Shown piece by piece: positions 50,517-59,920 of a stretch of 64,000 nucleotides of DNA (positions are counted from its first letter, which is position 1; each line of letters opens with the position of its first letter). This stretch comes from Auanema rhodensis (Eukaryota; Animalia; Nematoda): contig OZ059899.1 in assembly GCA_964057225.1 (NCBI GenBank), positions 11,222,001 to 11,286,000 on the forward strand, given 5' to 3'. Below the pieces are notes generated by a model that saw only the letters and a program-made list of their open reading frames with translations, made no database searches and was not told where the DNA came from. A program made the position numbers and the translations under genes.

Positions 50517-53500
50517 GTGGCACGAAGATACTCTTCGGCCGTCCCTGCTCTATACCCTTCTGAGTCCAGTGACGACATCGCAGTCGCCAGTCGAACCAGA
50601 AGCCGCACTCGACTCCTCAGTGTTCAGATTGAAGAGCCTGAACAAGAGGTAAAACCCAAAGTCGAGAAAACCTTCATTCCTCGAGAAGGCACGTATTCAC
50701 CTCCGGACAACACCGAGGAGGACCCTGATTTCTATATTCAGGACTACAATATTCAAACTTCAGCTTCAACTCCAAAGGTACACTCTTTTAAAAGTAATAA
50801 AAAGATTCAAAAAATTCAAAAACCAAAACAAATAACCTCTAATACTTCACCAGCCACTCCCCACCTAAACTTATCAACTTTATCAGTTAATACTGATAAC
50901 GATCTTGCATCTTCTTTTGAACTAACTCTAACACCGCAGGCATTTTCCACTCCGATAGAAAACTCACAACTTAATAAAACCTCATCTCTCACTATTCGCA
51001 AATCACCCTTATCAGTTATCACTGATAAGCTTGATTCGAAAAAGCTTGATTCTAAAAAAATTAATAAAAGAAAAACTAATACACCGCGTAGGCGCTCAAC
51101 CTCTAATAATCCCGTAGAACCAAATCAGGAAATTACCGAAGTTTTGCCCTTATCACTAACTACTGATAAGTTCAAAAGTAAGAAATCTTTAACAGCTCGC
51201 TTAATAAAAGTTTTGAATTTGTCTCCAGGGGAGGTAACAACAGAACAAGTTGATAACTCTCTTCACGTATCCTCCAACCCAACCCTTAATAAGTCAGATA
51301 GCGCTATACCCAGCTCAAGCGTATCAATACATTCGACGCCTCAGGCAACGAGTCGAATTATCAAACTCCCAGGGAAGCGGTTCTCCTCAGCCGCCCCTAC
51401 CATTAGTTATCCAACATCTGGTAACTCGAAAAAGGGAGGTAAGAATTTAACGGCGAGAAGCTCAGGCAGTAAAGGGATTACGTCATCTCGCACATACCCT
51501 GAGGATATACCAACCATGACGGAGACACCACGTCTTCCGGGAGCTGGTAAATCTACCATTGCGCACGCATTAAGCTCACCTTATTGCCCCATATACGACG
51601 GAAGTCGTAACTTTAGAGATTTCGTGGCAAAGTTTAATACCTTTTCTAACGCCTTAGGCTTAGTGATGCCCGAAAGACTAACTATTTTACCATTACTATT
51701 GAAAAATGATAGAGCAGAGGAAGCTTATTTAGAGCTACCTGACAAGGTCAGAACAGCTGGACCTTGGGTTACCCTAATAGAAGAGTTAACATCCAAGCTG
51801 TGTCCCGAATACAATCAAGACCCTGCCCTTATCACACTTCAAAACAGCACTCAAGGCGATTTATCAATTGATGGTTTTGCACAAACGTTAAGAAACCTCA
51901 GCTTAAATGCTTTCTCTAATAGTGATACTCATAAAGATCACATTCTGAGGTCCACATTTTTGAGAGGCTTGAAAAATACGATACGCCCAGGGGTAATTCG
52001 AGCAAAACCCAAAACTTTTGCTGAGGCTGTTGATAGTGCTCGCTGGGAGGAATCAATTACAAACCAAGTAGCAGACCCTCAGGCGCTATTGGTTAACGCA
52101 ATTGAAAGAACTTTCCCCCCGCGCAGAAACAATGGTGGGAGAGGTATGGCAAGAGGTTATCAATCTTTTAATAATAAAAATTATCAAAATTATAATAATT
52201 ATAACAATTATCATCCAAACTTTCAAAACAATCAAAATTATCATAAATTTTCAAAAAATCAAAAAGGCTGGAATTTCCAAAACCCATTTGCTAGGAACCG
52301 CAATTTTGGTGACCGCGGTCGAAATTATCAGAATCAAAATCAAAATGGGTATCAAAGAAGCCATAATGCATCACAAAATCAAGAAATGAGCAATAATAGA
52401 CAGAGAAATAACAGTACCTTTAGGGGAAATAACAACAATAGAGGCAGAGGTAGAGGCTCAAGAGTCAATAATTTGACTCTGATATCTCCTTTGACTTTAG
52501 CCGTAGCTTTATCAGTAATCTTATCACTGGTTACAACAGCTGAAGCATACCAGCTATGTACTAAAGCTACTGGAGGAGCGCTTCTCCGTCCCCCATCTCT
52601 CCGAAAATGCTTATTACCACCAATAAAGCATATCTTACGAACAAAAGTTCATCTTTATACAAGGAATCAAACGGCACATGAATGGGATGCATGGAGATGC
52701 TCCAAAGAAATTCATAAAATGTGTATCAGAGACCTTTTGTTCCTTAGAGATACCAATACAACGATAGCGAGAATTGAAAAGATACCAGCTGCAGAATGCA
52801 GACTGGCAGTGAGAGATAGAAGATGGAATTGGAGTGAATTAAAGAAGATTGACAGCATAACATATGCAACTGACGAGCCTTCCTTCTCGCCAGGCCGATC
52901 TTTTAATAATGAACTATGTAAAGAGAAAGCTAGATTGGTTATCGAAAGAGGGGCTATGACACGGATGCCAGATGAAACTATAATCTCCAATTTAATACTA
53001 AATACTGAAGGATGCTTAGCGCATCATGGAGAATGTGCATCAGATACTTCAATCATCATATGGGAGAAACAGCCTTATGAATATCGATGCAACTATATCG
53101 ACATGAGTGAATATGATGCGATAATTGGAGACGGCATTATTCTGTTACCAACCACTCAATCAGCCCTTGTAATCGATCAAAAAGAGATACCGAAGCAAAT
53201 ATCTTCTTGTTTTAAACAGCCAATCTTCCACACCACGACTGGCAATTACATTCTTTTACCACAGTACCCAAATGACACCAATATCCCTGTTTTAATAGAG
53301 AGAGAATATAAGAAACTTCCGGCGAAAAGAGATAAAAGAGCAATTGCGGAATGCACGGTTGAATTAAACAAGGAGTGGATACAAAAACAGGAAGATTTTG
53401 AAACTTTAATATTAAATATTTGTCCTTATCCTTTCTTACGACCGGTGATGAGTAATCCTGGTATTTATCAGATAATACCGCTTATAAAGGCCAGACGAGC

Positions 53501-56500
53501 TGTCAACCCTTCATATTCAATTATTGATTGGGTTTCAGCACATCCTGAGAAGTTTTATTTCTTCTTAAGAAGTCCCGTATCTGATAAATCCATACAACGT
53601 TTCCTTCAAACATACGAAATACACGACCCTGAGGAAGCAATACTTTATTTTCTTGCGCAAAAGGAATTGGCAGCAACCACTCGCGGCGCTATACGGTATT
53701 TAACCTCACAACAATTATTAGAACAGATAGGTGACAGATTAACAGCACACGAATTTGACGAAAAACTACTAGAAAAGGATGGATCCTACTGTGAAAGAGC
53801 CGAAAGCATAGCGATGGAGCTAGCTTATACACCGGTAATATTTGAAAACAATCTGTCGGTACCATCGAGGCAAGAGGTTTTAAAATCCTTTGTGAACATG
53901 CCGCCTATCCGACCAACTTTAACAACTGACAATGCTGATGAGCGTATAGTACTTAGGAATACTCTTTACTTATACCATAACTTGATGACATTGCGAGTAA
54001 TAAGGCCAAATAAAACAGCAGCAGCCGTAGATGATGAAAAGTTCCGACAATTAACAATCAATGTGCCAGATACCAACAAACTATATCGAGATAAAGATTC
54101 TAACTACGGTATATCGATAGGCCCCCACCCTCGCATTCAAACTCCAAGCGCGGATACACGCCAGCTACTTATAAAAACATTTTTACCACTGTTAGAGGAT
54201 ATTGAAACACCGCCTTATCTGACTAGAAGACTGTCATTAACGACAACAACGGACAAACCCGCTTCACTAGTTCAGGAGACAACTATAAGCTATACGACTC
54301 GGATTCCGACGACAACCATAGTTGACACGACAACAGCCGTGATAACTACGACTCTCTCGCCAACAACATTAGCAACAGTCACTGACACGGCGTCACGAAC
54401 CTTAAGGAAACAAAGAACATCATCTCCACCCGTAGAAACCAGAGAAATTCAGGCTCAGGCAACGTATACAGCGTCAAAAGTGAACAACGAAATACAATTC
54501 AACCTCAACGTATCTCGCAGAATAGCTCAAGATCATCTACAATATACAACAACACTCATACAAGAAGAGCTACAGAAACGTTTTATGGAATCTTATGAAT
54601 CCATATGTGAGATTCAAAATAGATACCTCGAGCTATGGCGTTCTATTTTACACATAGAACCCACAATAGCAATGAGGACTATTTTAGGAAGAGAGGATAT
54701 TGCAGCCCGTTTCGTAGGCAGCGATATAGTTCATGTTCATATATGCTTACCTCTTCAACCTAAAGCTGTTTATCATAATCATAAGATCAATGATACATGC
54801 TATTTGGAAACACCAGTAATAACAGAAGATGAGAGATTATATTTTGCTGCTCCAGGATCAAGAGACTTATTAACACATGGAAAAGAGATAGATTGCGAAC
54901 ATGTACCAACAGATGTGTACTATCAAAATGGAGAATGGATAAATATAAATGGATCGGTTGAAGTAAAACCAATATCACTCTTTGATAAAGCGCAATACCA
55001 CCAATTAACACCTTTAAAGTTCACATGCGCTAACTTATACACCAATTTATCATTGAGAGTTTACTCAATGTCAACAGCTATTGCATATGGAGCAAGTTTA
55101 GCATCCATACAACAGAACCATGTTTTACATACTATTCACAACGATCCAAAGATTACGTCAGCCTTTAATCTTTTGAAAAAGGGCAGTGACTATATCTCTA
55201 AAGCAGCTGAGTTCACAACTTCCGCCTGGACTAGCGTAAAACAATTTCTAATAGGTTCAATTGAGAGAACACTCATCTTTATAGGATCAATAGTCACGAT
55301 TGCCGCAGTATTAATAATTCTTTTCGTTGTTGCTAAATTTTGGTTCTTCAGAGCCACTCCACTAACCGTAATGCATGTCCATGAAATAGATAATGAGCCC
55401 CCAGGCTATGAAGAAACATTGGAACTTGTAAGCCGCCCAGACCAACAGATGCCAGATAACATCATGAAGCAATACTATCCTGCGTTAGTAACATTTATTC
55501 CAATCGCAATACCATTTGTTGCTTCTATTGCATCAGCGGAAACAAAGTTACCATTAATATATATATCAGTTGAAGATAAACTGATTTTAGCTTTATGGGA
55601 TTCAGGCTCATCAGTGTCATATGTTAGGCTCTCCACCCTCAAATATCTGAACATGGCCGAAAATGTCAAGAAGAGACATTTAGTAGCGATGGCAGCCAAC
55701 AAGTCCACTTTCACATTTTATGGAAAGATAAATCTTGTAATTGAAATTGCCGGCTACGAGATCGAACACACATTTTTGGTCTCAAACGATCATGACTGTC
55801 CTGCTCCCGCTTTAATTGGACTAGATTTCATGAAAGCGCTTGACAGCGAAAACATCGACGTCAGCCTTAAACCATCCAAGAAGAGGTTGGAGATTGGAAA
55901 CAATGCCATCCCATTAATAGGAAACGAATCTATTAAGCATACGGAGATAACTGTGAATATCATTAATTTAAGAACAAAAACATTAAAGCCTGATGAAGAG
56001 GCACCTATCCCAATAAAGACAGATAAACCACTAGAATCTAACGAAGTGGTTGTCTTAGGGGATAGTGGAAGCGCATTAAAATCATTATATCCAACTGCGT
56101 TTCGTGATACCAGTGGAGTATATGTTATGTTCCGTAACGATACCGATGAAACAATAGCTATGGAAGCTAATTCAGTCATCGGGCAGGCAATAATTGGAGA
56201 AATTCCGGCTTGTGAACCCTTTAAGCATAAGCCAATTCTACCATATGTTCCGCCAGAAGCCGATTGGGAGAGTAAACTACCATATTTTCCAAGACACTTC
56301 ATAAAAGATCTTGATCTAGAGAATGCTGATCTCACGAAAGAAGAAAAACATGAGCTTACAAAAATAATTGAAAGCCATCGTGAGGCATTTCTTAACGAGG
56401 ACAGGAAAATAGGATTATTTAAAGGTCCTATAGAGCATACCATACCATTGAGAACAGATATGGATATGCCAAAGCCGAGAATAACACGTATTCCCTTAGG

Positions 56501-59222
56501 AAAACAGGAAGAAATTGAAAAGCAAGTCAAAGAAATGCTTGAGCAAGGCATAATAGAGCCTTCTACATCTCTATTTAATAGCCCTGTAGTACTAGTTAAG
56601 AAGAAAGATGACACGTATAGGTTTGTGACAGATTTTCGAGCTTTAAATAATGTCACACGCAAGCAAACTTATGTCATTCCAAGCATTTCTGACATAGTTG
56701 ATTTGGCAGCAGGCGCCCAATTTTTCTCAAACTTCGATTTAGTGTCAGGATTTTTTCAAATATCCTTGAGAAAATCAGATCGACCACTAACAGCATTTAC
56801 GACCACATCCGGCACATACCAGTACAAACGGATGCCGATGGGCCTTTGTGGAGCCCCTCATACCTTTCAAACAGCAGTAAGGTATTTGCAAAGTAAATGT
56901 TCTTGTAAACTATTTGTTTACTTGGACGATCTATTAGTTATATCTGATACAAGAGAACAACATCTCAAAGATATCGATGATTTACTGCAAGCAGTAGAAG
57001 AATTGGGAATGAAGATAAAGCTTAAGAAATGCGCTTTTGCTCAACCAGAAGTGAAATTTCTAGGACTTATTGTAGGACGTCAAGGTATAAAACCTGACCC
57101 TCAAAAAGTCGCCGCCATACAAGATTATCCGGCACCAAAGAATGCAACAGGTGTACGAGCATTCTTGGGAATGGTTGGATTCTTTCGCAAATTCATGAAA
57201 GATTTTGCACGTATCGCAAGCCCTTTATACGATCTGACAAAGGCAGATACTGAATTCAAATGGGAAAACAAACAAAAAGAAGCTTTAGACCTCCTTAAAA
57301 GAAGTTTAATACAGGCACCCGTTTTAAGCCCACCTAAATCGGACCGCTTGTTTATAGTTGAAAGCGACGGTAGTAACATCGCCATAGGTGCTGTATTATT
57401 ACAACCGGAAGATCCAAAACAACCTCTGAAAAATCTACACCCTATCGCATTTGCAAGCAGAAAACTAGTTAAAGCCGAACGTAACTACGCACCAATCGAG
57501 ATAGAAGCATTAGGCCTTGTATATGCATTAAATCAATTCCGTACATACATTCTTGGAACTCATACTATATGTATTACGGACCATCGACCCCTTACCAGCT
57601 TAATGACACGCAGAGACTTATTTGGTCGTCTTGCGAAGTTCCAGCTGGTCATCCAAGAATATGATATTGAAATAAAATATCGCGCAGGCCAATTAAATAA
57701 AGTATGCGATGCTCTATCTCGATATATAGGTAAAGAAGCTAACGATGCTAAGCCGGAAACAAAGAAGAAGAAAATGGAAGAAATTCACATTAACGCCATA
57801 AATACACCAACAATAAAGGAAATTCAACTGAACACCCCTTGGATTAAACGAACGATAGCGGAGATTGAATATAGAGCACAAAAGAACATGACAGCTAATG
57901 ACAGATATTGTGTCATAAACGACTTGCTATATACAAAACCGACAGACAAAAAGCCACAACCCGCTATCGTAATACCACAAGAACACCCCATAATTGAGGA
58001 AATAATCAAAGTTTTTCATGAGGATCCTACAATTGCAGCACATCAAGGAATTATTAAAACAAAAGAAGCAATTCTAAGAAGATTCTATTGGACAAATATG
58101 CAGAACGACATTACTATATTCATCAAGAACTGCATTAAATGTGCTCAAAGAAAAAAAGATCCACATTCCATGACGGTACAACCAATAGGTCATTTTGAGA
58201 TACCAAGCAAGCCATTTGAACGAGTCCACATGGACGTAATGGGACCATTTCCCCCTTCAAAAAGAAACTGTACCTACGTCATTACCATGCAAGACGCATT
58301 TACAAAATGGTCAACAACAATTGCTGTACCACAAATAACAACGGAAATCACAATTGACCGATTTCTAAGACATTTCGTTTACATTTTTGGACCACCCCAT
58401 CGCTTGATCACCGATAGAGGTTCGAACTTTGTATCTAAAAAGTTCGAAGAAATGTGTACTAAACTTGGAATCAAACATGAACCAACACTACCACACCAAA
58501 AGAACTCAAATGGACAAGTGGAAAGACTTCACAGAACCCTCGAAGAAGGATTAACCCACTACTTAAAAGAGGACCTTAGTGACTGGGATACTATATTACC
58601 AAAAATCACTTTTGCTATTAACAATATTCAGCACGCGACTACAGGGATTGCGCCATACATTGCATTATTCGGTAAAGAATGCAGAATGTCAATGGACGCT
58701 GAATTACCAGAAACGATCACCAAAATTCAAGAAATTTCTGAAGAATTACTCCAAAGAAGACCAGATATGGACAAGAGAGACGAAATAATAAAGAACCGCA
58801 TAGCTAAAAATCAAGAAAATGCGAAAAAGAAGAAAGATAGAACGCAAAGAGCACACCATAGAGACATTCAACCGGGCGACATGGTGATGACGACTATAAA
58901 ATCACACCAAATCGGCCAAAAGCTTCGGAAAAGCTATGATGGACCATACGAAGTCATCAACGTAGAAGGATCAAAAGTTCAAATCAGAAATTCATCAGGA
59001 AAACTACAAGATATCCACAAAGATAACTTGAAAATCTTCTCTCCTGCTTCACAAAACATCTCTTACAACACTCGCGCAAGGTTTCGAGAAAGTCAAGCAG
59101 AAGAAGATAGCGACATCGAAATAATAGAAGTGATCAACAGGAACAACAAGGATAGCATAGATACAGAGCCAGAAGATGAAAATGAAGACGAAATATGGCT
59201 TCCGAGGAATGAAGAAGAATAA
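50517..59222 (+). CDS. gag-env-pol: Gag-Env-Pol polyprotein (capsid; signal peptide; gB-like class III Env; TM; aspartic protease; RT; RNase H; integrase)
   Basis: PIYDG/FLRGL capsid motifs; signal peptide ending at 52547; KRDKR at 53325; gB-like motif at 54606-54747; TM ~55270-55350; DSG at 55599; YLDD at 56919; ESDGS; HHCC; DDE; GPY. The first ATG is at 51516, so the true start is uncertain. Confidence 0.95.
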   Translation: MARRYSSAVPALYPSESSDDIAVASRTRSRTRLLSVQIEEPEQEVKPKVEKTFIPREGTYSPPDNTEEDPDFYIQDYNIQTSASTPKVHSFKSNKKIQKIQKPKQITSNTSPATPHLNLSTLSVNTDNDLASSFELTLTPQAFSTPIENSQLNKTSSLTIRKSPLSVITDKLDSKKLDSKKINKRKTNTPRRRSTSNNPVEPNQEITEVLPLSLTTDKFKSKKSLTARLIKVLNLSPGEVTTEQVDNSLHVSSNPTLNKSDSAIPSSSVSIHSTPQATSRIIKLPGKRFSSAAPTISYPTSGNSKKGGKNLTARSSGSKGITSSRTYPEDIPTMTETPRLPGAGKSTIAHALSSPYCPIYDGSRNFRDFVAKFNTFSNALGLVMPERLTILPLLLKNDRAEEAYLELPDKVRTAGPWVTLIEELTSKLCPEYNQDPALITLQNSTQGDLSIDGFAQTLRNLSLNAFSNSDTHKDHILRSTFLRGLKNTIRPGVIRAKPKTFAEAVDSARWEESITNQVADPQALLVNAIERTFPPRRNNGGRGMARGYQSFNNKNYQNYNNYNNYHPNFQNNQNYHKFSKNQKGWNFQNPFARNRNFGDRGRNYQNQNQNGYQRSHNASQNQEMSNNRQRNNSTFRGNNNNRGRGRGSRVNNLTLISPLTLAVALSVILSLVTTAEAYQLCTKATGGALLRPPSLRKCLLPPIKHILRTKVHLYTRNQTAHEWDAWRCSKEIHKMCIRDLLFLRDTNTTIARIEKIPAAECRLAVRDRRWNWSELKKIDSITYATDEPSFSPGRSFNNELCKEKARLVIERGAMTRMPDETIISNLILNTEGCLAHHGECASDTSIIIWEKQPYEYRCNYIDMSEYDAIIGDGIILLPTTQSALVIDQKEIPKQISSCFKQPIFHTTTGNYILLPQYPNDTNIPVLIEREYKKLPAKRDKRAIAECTVELNKEWIQKQEDFETLILNICPYPFLRPVMSNPGIYQIIPLIKARRAVNPSYSIIDWVSAHPEKFYFFLRSPVSDKSIQRFLQTYEIHDPEEAILYFLAQKELAATTRGAIRYLTSQQLLEQIGDRLTAHEFDEKLLEKDGSYCERAESIAMELAYTPVIFENNLSVPSRQEVLKSFVNMPPIRPTLTTDNADERIVLRNTLYLYHNLMTLRVIRPNKTAAAVDDEKFRQLTINVPDTNKLYRDKDSNYGISIGPHPRIQTPSADTRQLLIKTFLPLLEDIETPPYLTRRLSLTTTTDKPASLVQETTISYTTRIPTTTIVDTTTAVITTTLSPTTLATVTDTASRTLRKQRTSSPPVETREIQAQATYTASKVNNEIQFNLNVSRRIAQDHLQYTTTLIQEELQKRFMESYESICEIQNRYLELWRSILHIEPTIAMRTILGREDIAARFVGSDIVHVHICLPLQPKAVYHNHKINDTCYLETPVITEDERLYFAAPGSRDLLTHGKEIDCEHVPTDVYYQNGEWININGSVEVKPISLFDKAQYHQLTPLKFTCANLYTNLSLRVYSMSTAIAYGASLASIQQNHVLHTIHNDPKITSAFNLLKKGSDYISKAAEFTTSAWTSVKQFLIGSIERTLIFIGSIVTIAAVLIILFVVAKFWFFRATPLTVMHVHEIDNEPPGYEETLELVSRPDQQMPDNIMKQYYPALVTFIPIAIPFVASIASAETKLPLIYISVEDKLILALWDSGSSVSYVRLSTLKYLNMAENVKKRHLVAMAANKSTFTFYGKINLVIEIAGYEIEHTFLVSNDHDCPAPALIGLDFMKALDSENIDVSLKPSKKRLEIGNNAIPLIGNESIKHTEITVNIINLRTKTLKPDEEAPIPIKTDKPLESNEVVVLGDSGSALKSLYPTAFRDTSGVYVMFRNDTDETIAMEANSVIGQAIIGEIPACEPFKHKPILPYVPPEADWESKLPYFPRHFIKDLDLENADLTKEEKHELTKIIESHREAFLNEDRKIGLFKGPIEHTIPLRTDMDMPKPRITRIPLGKQEEIEKQVKEMLEQGIIEPSTSLFNSPVVLVKKKDDTYRFVTDFRALNNVTRKQTYVIPSISDIVDLAAGAQFFSNFDLVSGFFQISLRKSDRPLTAFTTTSGTYQYKRMPMGLCGAPHTFQTAVRYLQSKCSCKLFVYLDDLLVISDTREQHLKDIDDLLQAVEELGMKIKLKKCAFAQPEVKFLGLIVGRQGIKPDPQKVAAIQDYPAPKNATGVRAFLGMVGFFRKFMKDFARIASPLYDLTKADTEFKWENKQKEALDLLKRSLIQAPVLSPPKSDRLFIVESDGSNIAIGAVLLQPEDPKQPLKNLHPIAFASRKLVKAERNYAPIEIEALGLVYALNQFRTYILGTHTICITDHRPLTSLMTRRDLFGRLAKFQLVIQEYDIEIKYRAGQLNKVCDALSRYIGKEANDAKPETKKKKMEEIHINAINTPTIKEIQLNTPWIKRTIAEIEYRAQKNMTANDRYCVINDLLYTKPTDKKPQPAIVIPQEHPIIEEIIKVFHEDPTIAAHQGIIKTKEAILRRFYWTNMQNDITIFIKNCIKCAQRKKDPHSMTVQPIGHFEIPSKPFERVHMDVMGPFPPSKRNCTYVITMQDAFTKWSTTIAVPQITTEITIDRFLRHFVYIFGPPHRLITDRGSNFVSKKFEEMCTKLGIKHEPTLPHQKNSNGQVERLHRTLEEGLTHYLKEDLSDWDTILPKITFAINNIQHATTGIAPYIALFGKECRMSMDAELPETITKIQEISEELLQRRPDMDKRDEIIKNRIAKNQENAKKKKDRTQRAHHRDIQPGDMVMTTIKSHQIGQKLRKSYDGPYEVINVEGSKVQIRNSSGKLQDIHKDNLKIFSPASQNISYNTRARFRESQAEEDSDIEIIEVINRNNKDSIDTEPEDENEDEIWLPRNEEE

Positions 59223-59263
59223 CAACAAGATAATGCTACGTTATTTAAATTATTGTAACAAAA

Positions 59264-59739
59264 TAACGATGAATTAGAAAAAAAAAATTAATGCTAAATA
59301 ACATTCAAAATAAAAATAGCATTTAATAGAGATTGAGAAAGGAAAAATAAGGCAAATTCTAAACGAGGAGATGTTATGACTAATGGTTCCAAGTTACCGT
59401 AATCCTATGCGGACTAGAGGACATTTTGACAACCATCCGAGCTCCATGTGCCTCTCCAAATAAGATGAGATAAACACTGGTAGGCGTATAAATCACAATT
59501 TCATCTTAAGTGGTAGTCTCCATTAGTAATCAAGGATTCACTCTGGGAGACATATGGAGATACATTATTAAATCATAATCTCGGTTCAATTTAGAAATGA
59601 GTACTTCTTGAGACCATTAGTCAAAATAATAACATATTCCCATTCATTACTAGCCCCTTATTCTACAATCTCTATTAGGAAATGCTTGAATATTAAGATA
59701 ATTAATTTATGAAATTAATAATATTCTAATTCATCGTTA
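59264..59739 (+). other. Long rod-like RNA secondary structure in the 3' UTR
   Basis: At least nine nested complementary segments, including 16-, 12- and 11-bp perfect pairs. Confidence 0.8.
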
Positions 59740-59909
59740 CTTTATATTATATCGAACCCTTCTTATAAATTATTGTAATTTTGTTTTTATACTAATTAAA
59801 ACTCTATCATACTATAGTTATTGTGAAGCTAAAATAATTGAACTCTAAAACTCAGTTACATATAAGCCCAAATTTTTGTTTTAAATATCGCGAGGTCGCG
59901 ACAATCTTT

Positions 59910-59920
59910 GAAAAAGGGCA
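59910..59920 (+). promoter_or_regulatory. Polypurine tract
   Basis: GAAAAAGGGCA directly before the 3' LTR. Confidence 0.75.

Noticed and set aside
55790-56662. 290-aa antisense ORF and other shadow ORFs overlapping the polyproteins and the MULE minisatellite
   Set aside because: Explained by codon bias or low complexity on the coding strand; the equivalent family A region is open for only part of the length.
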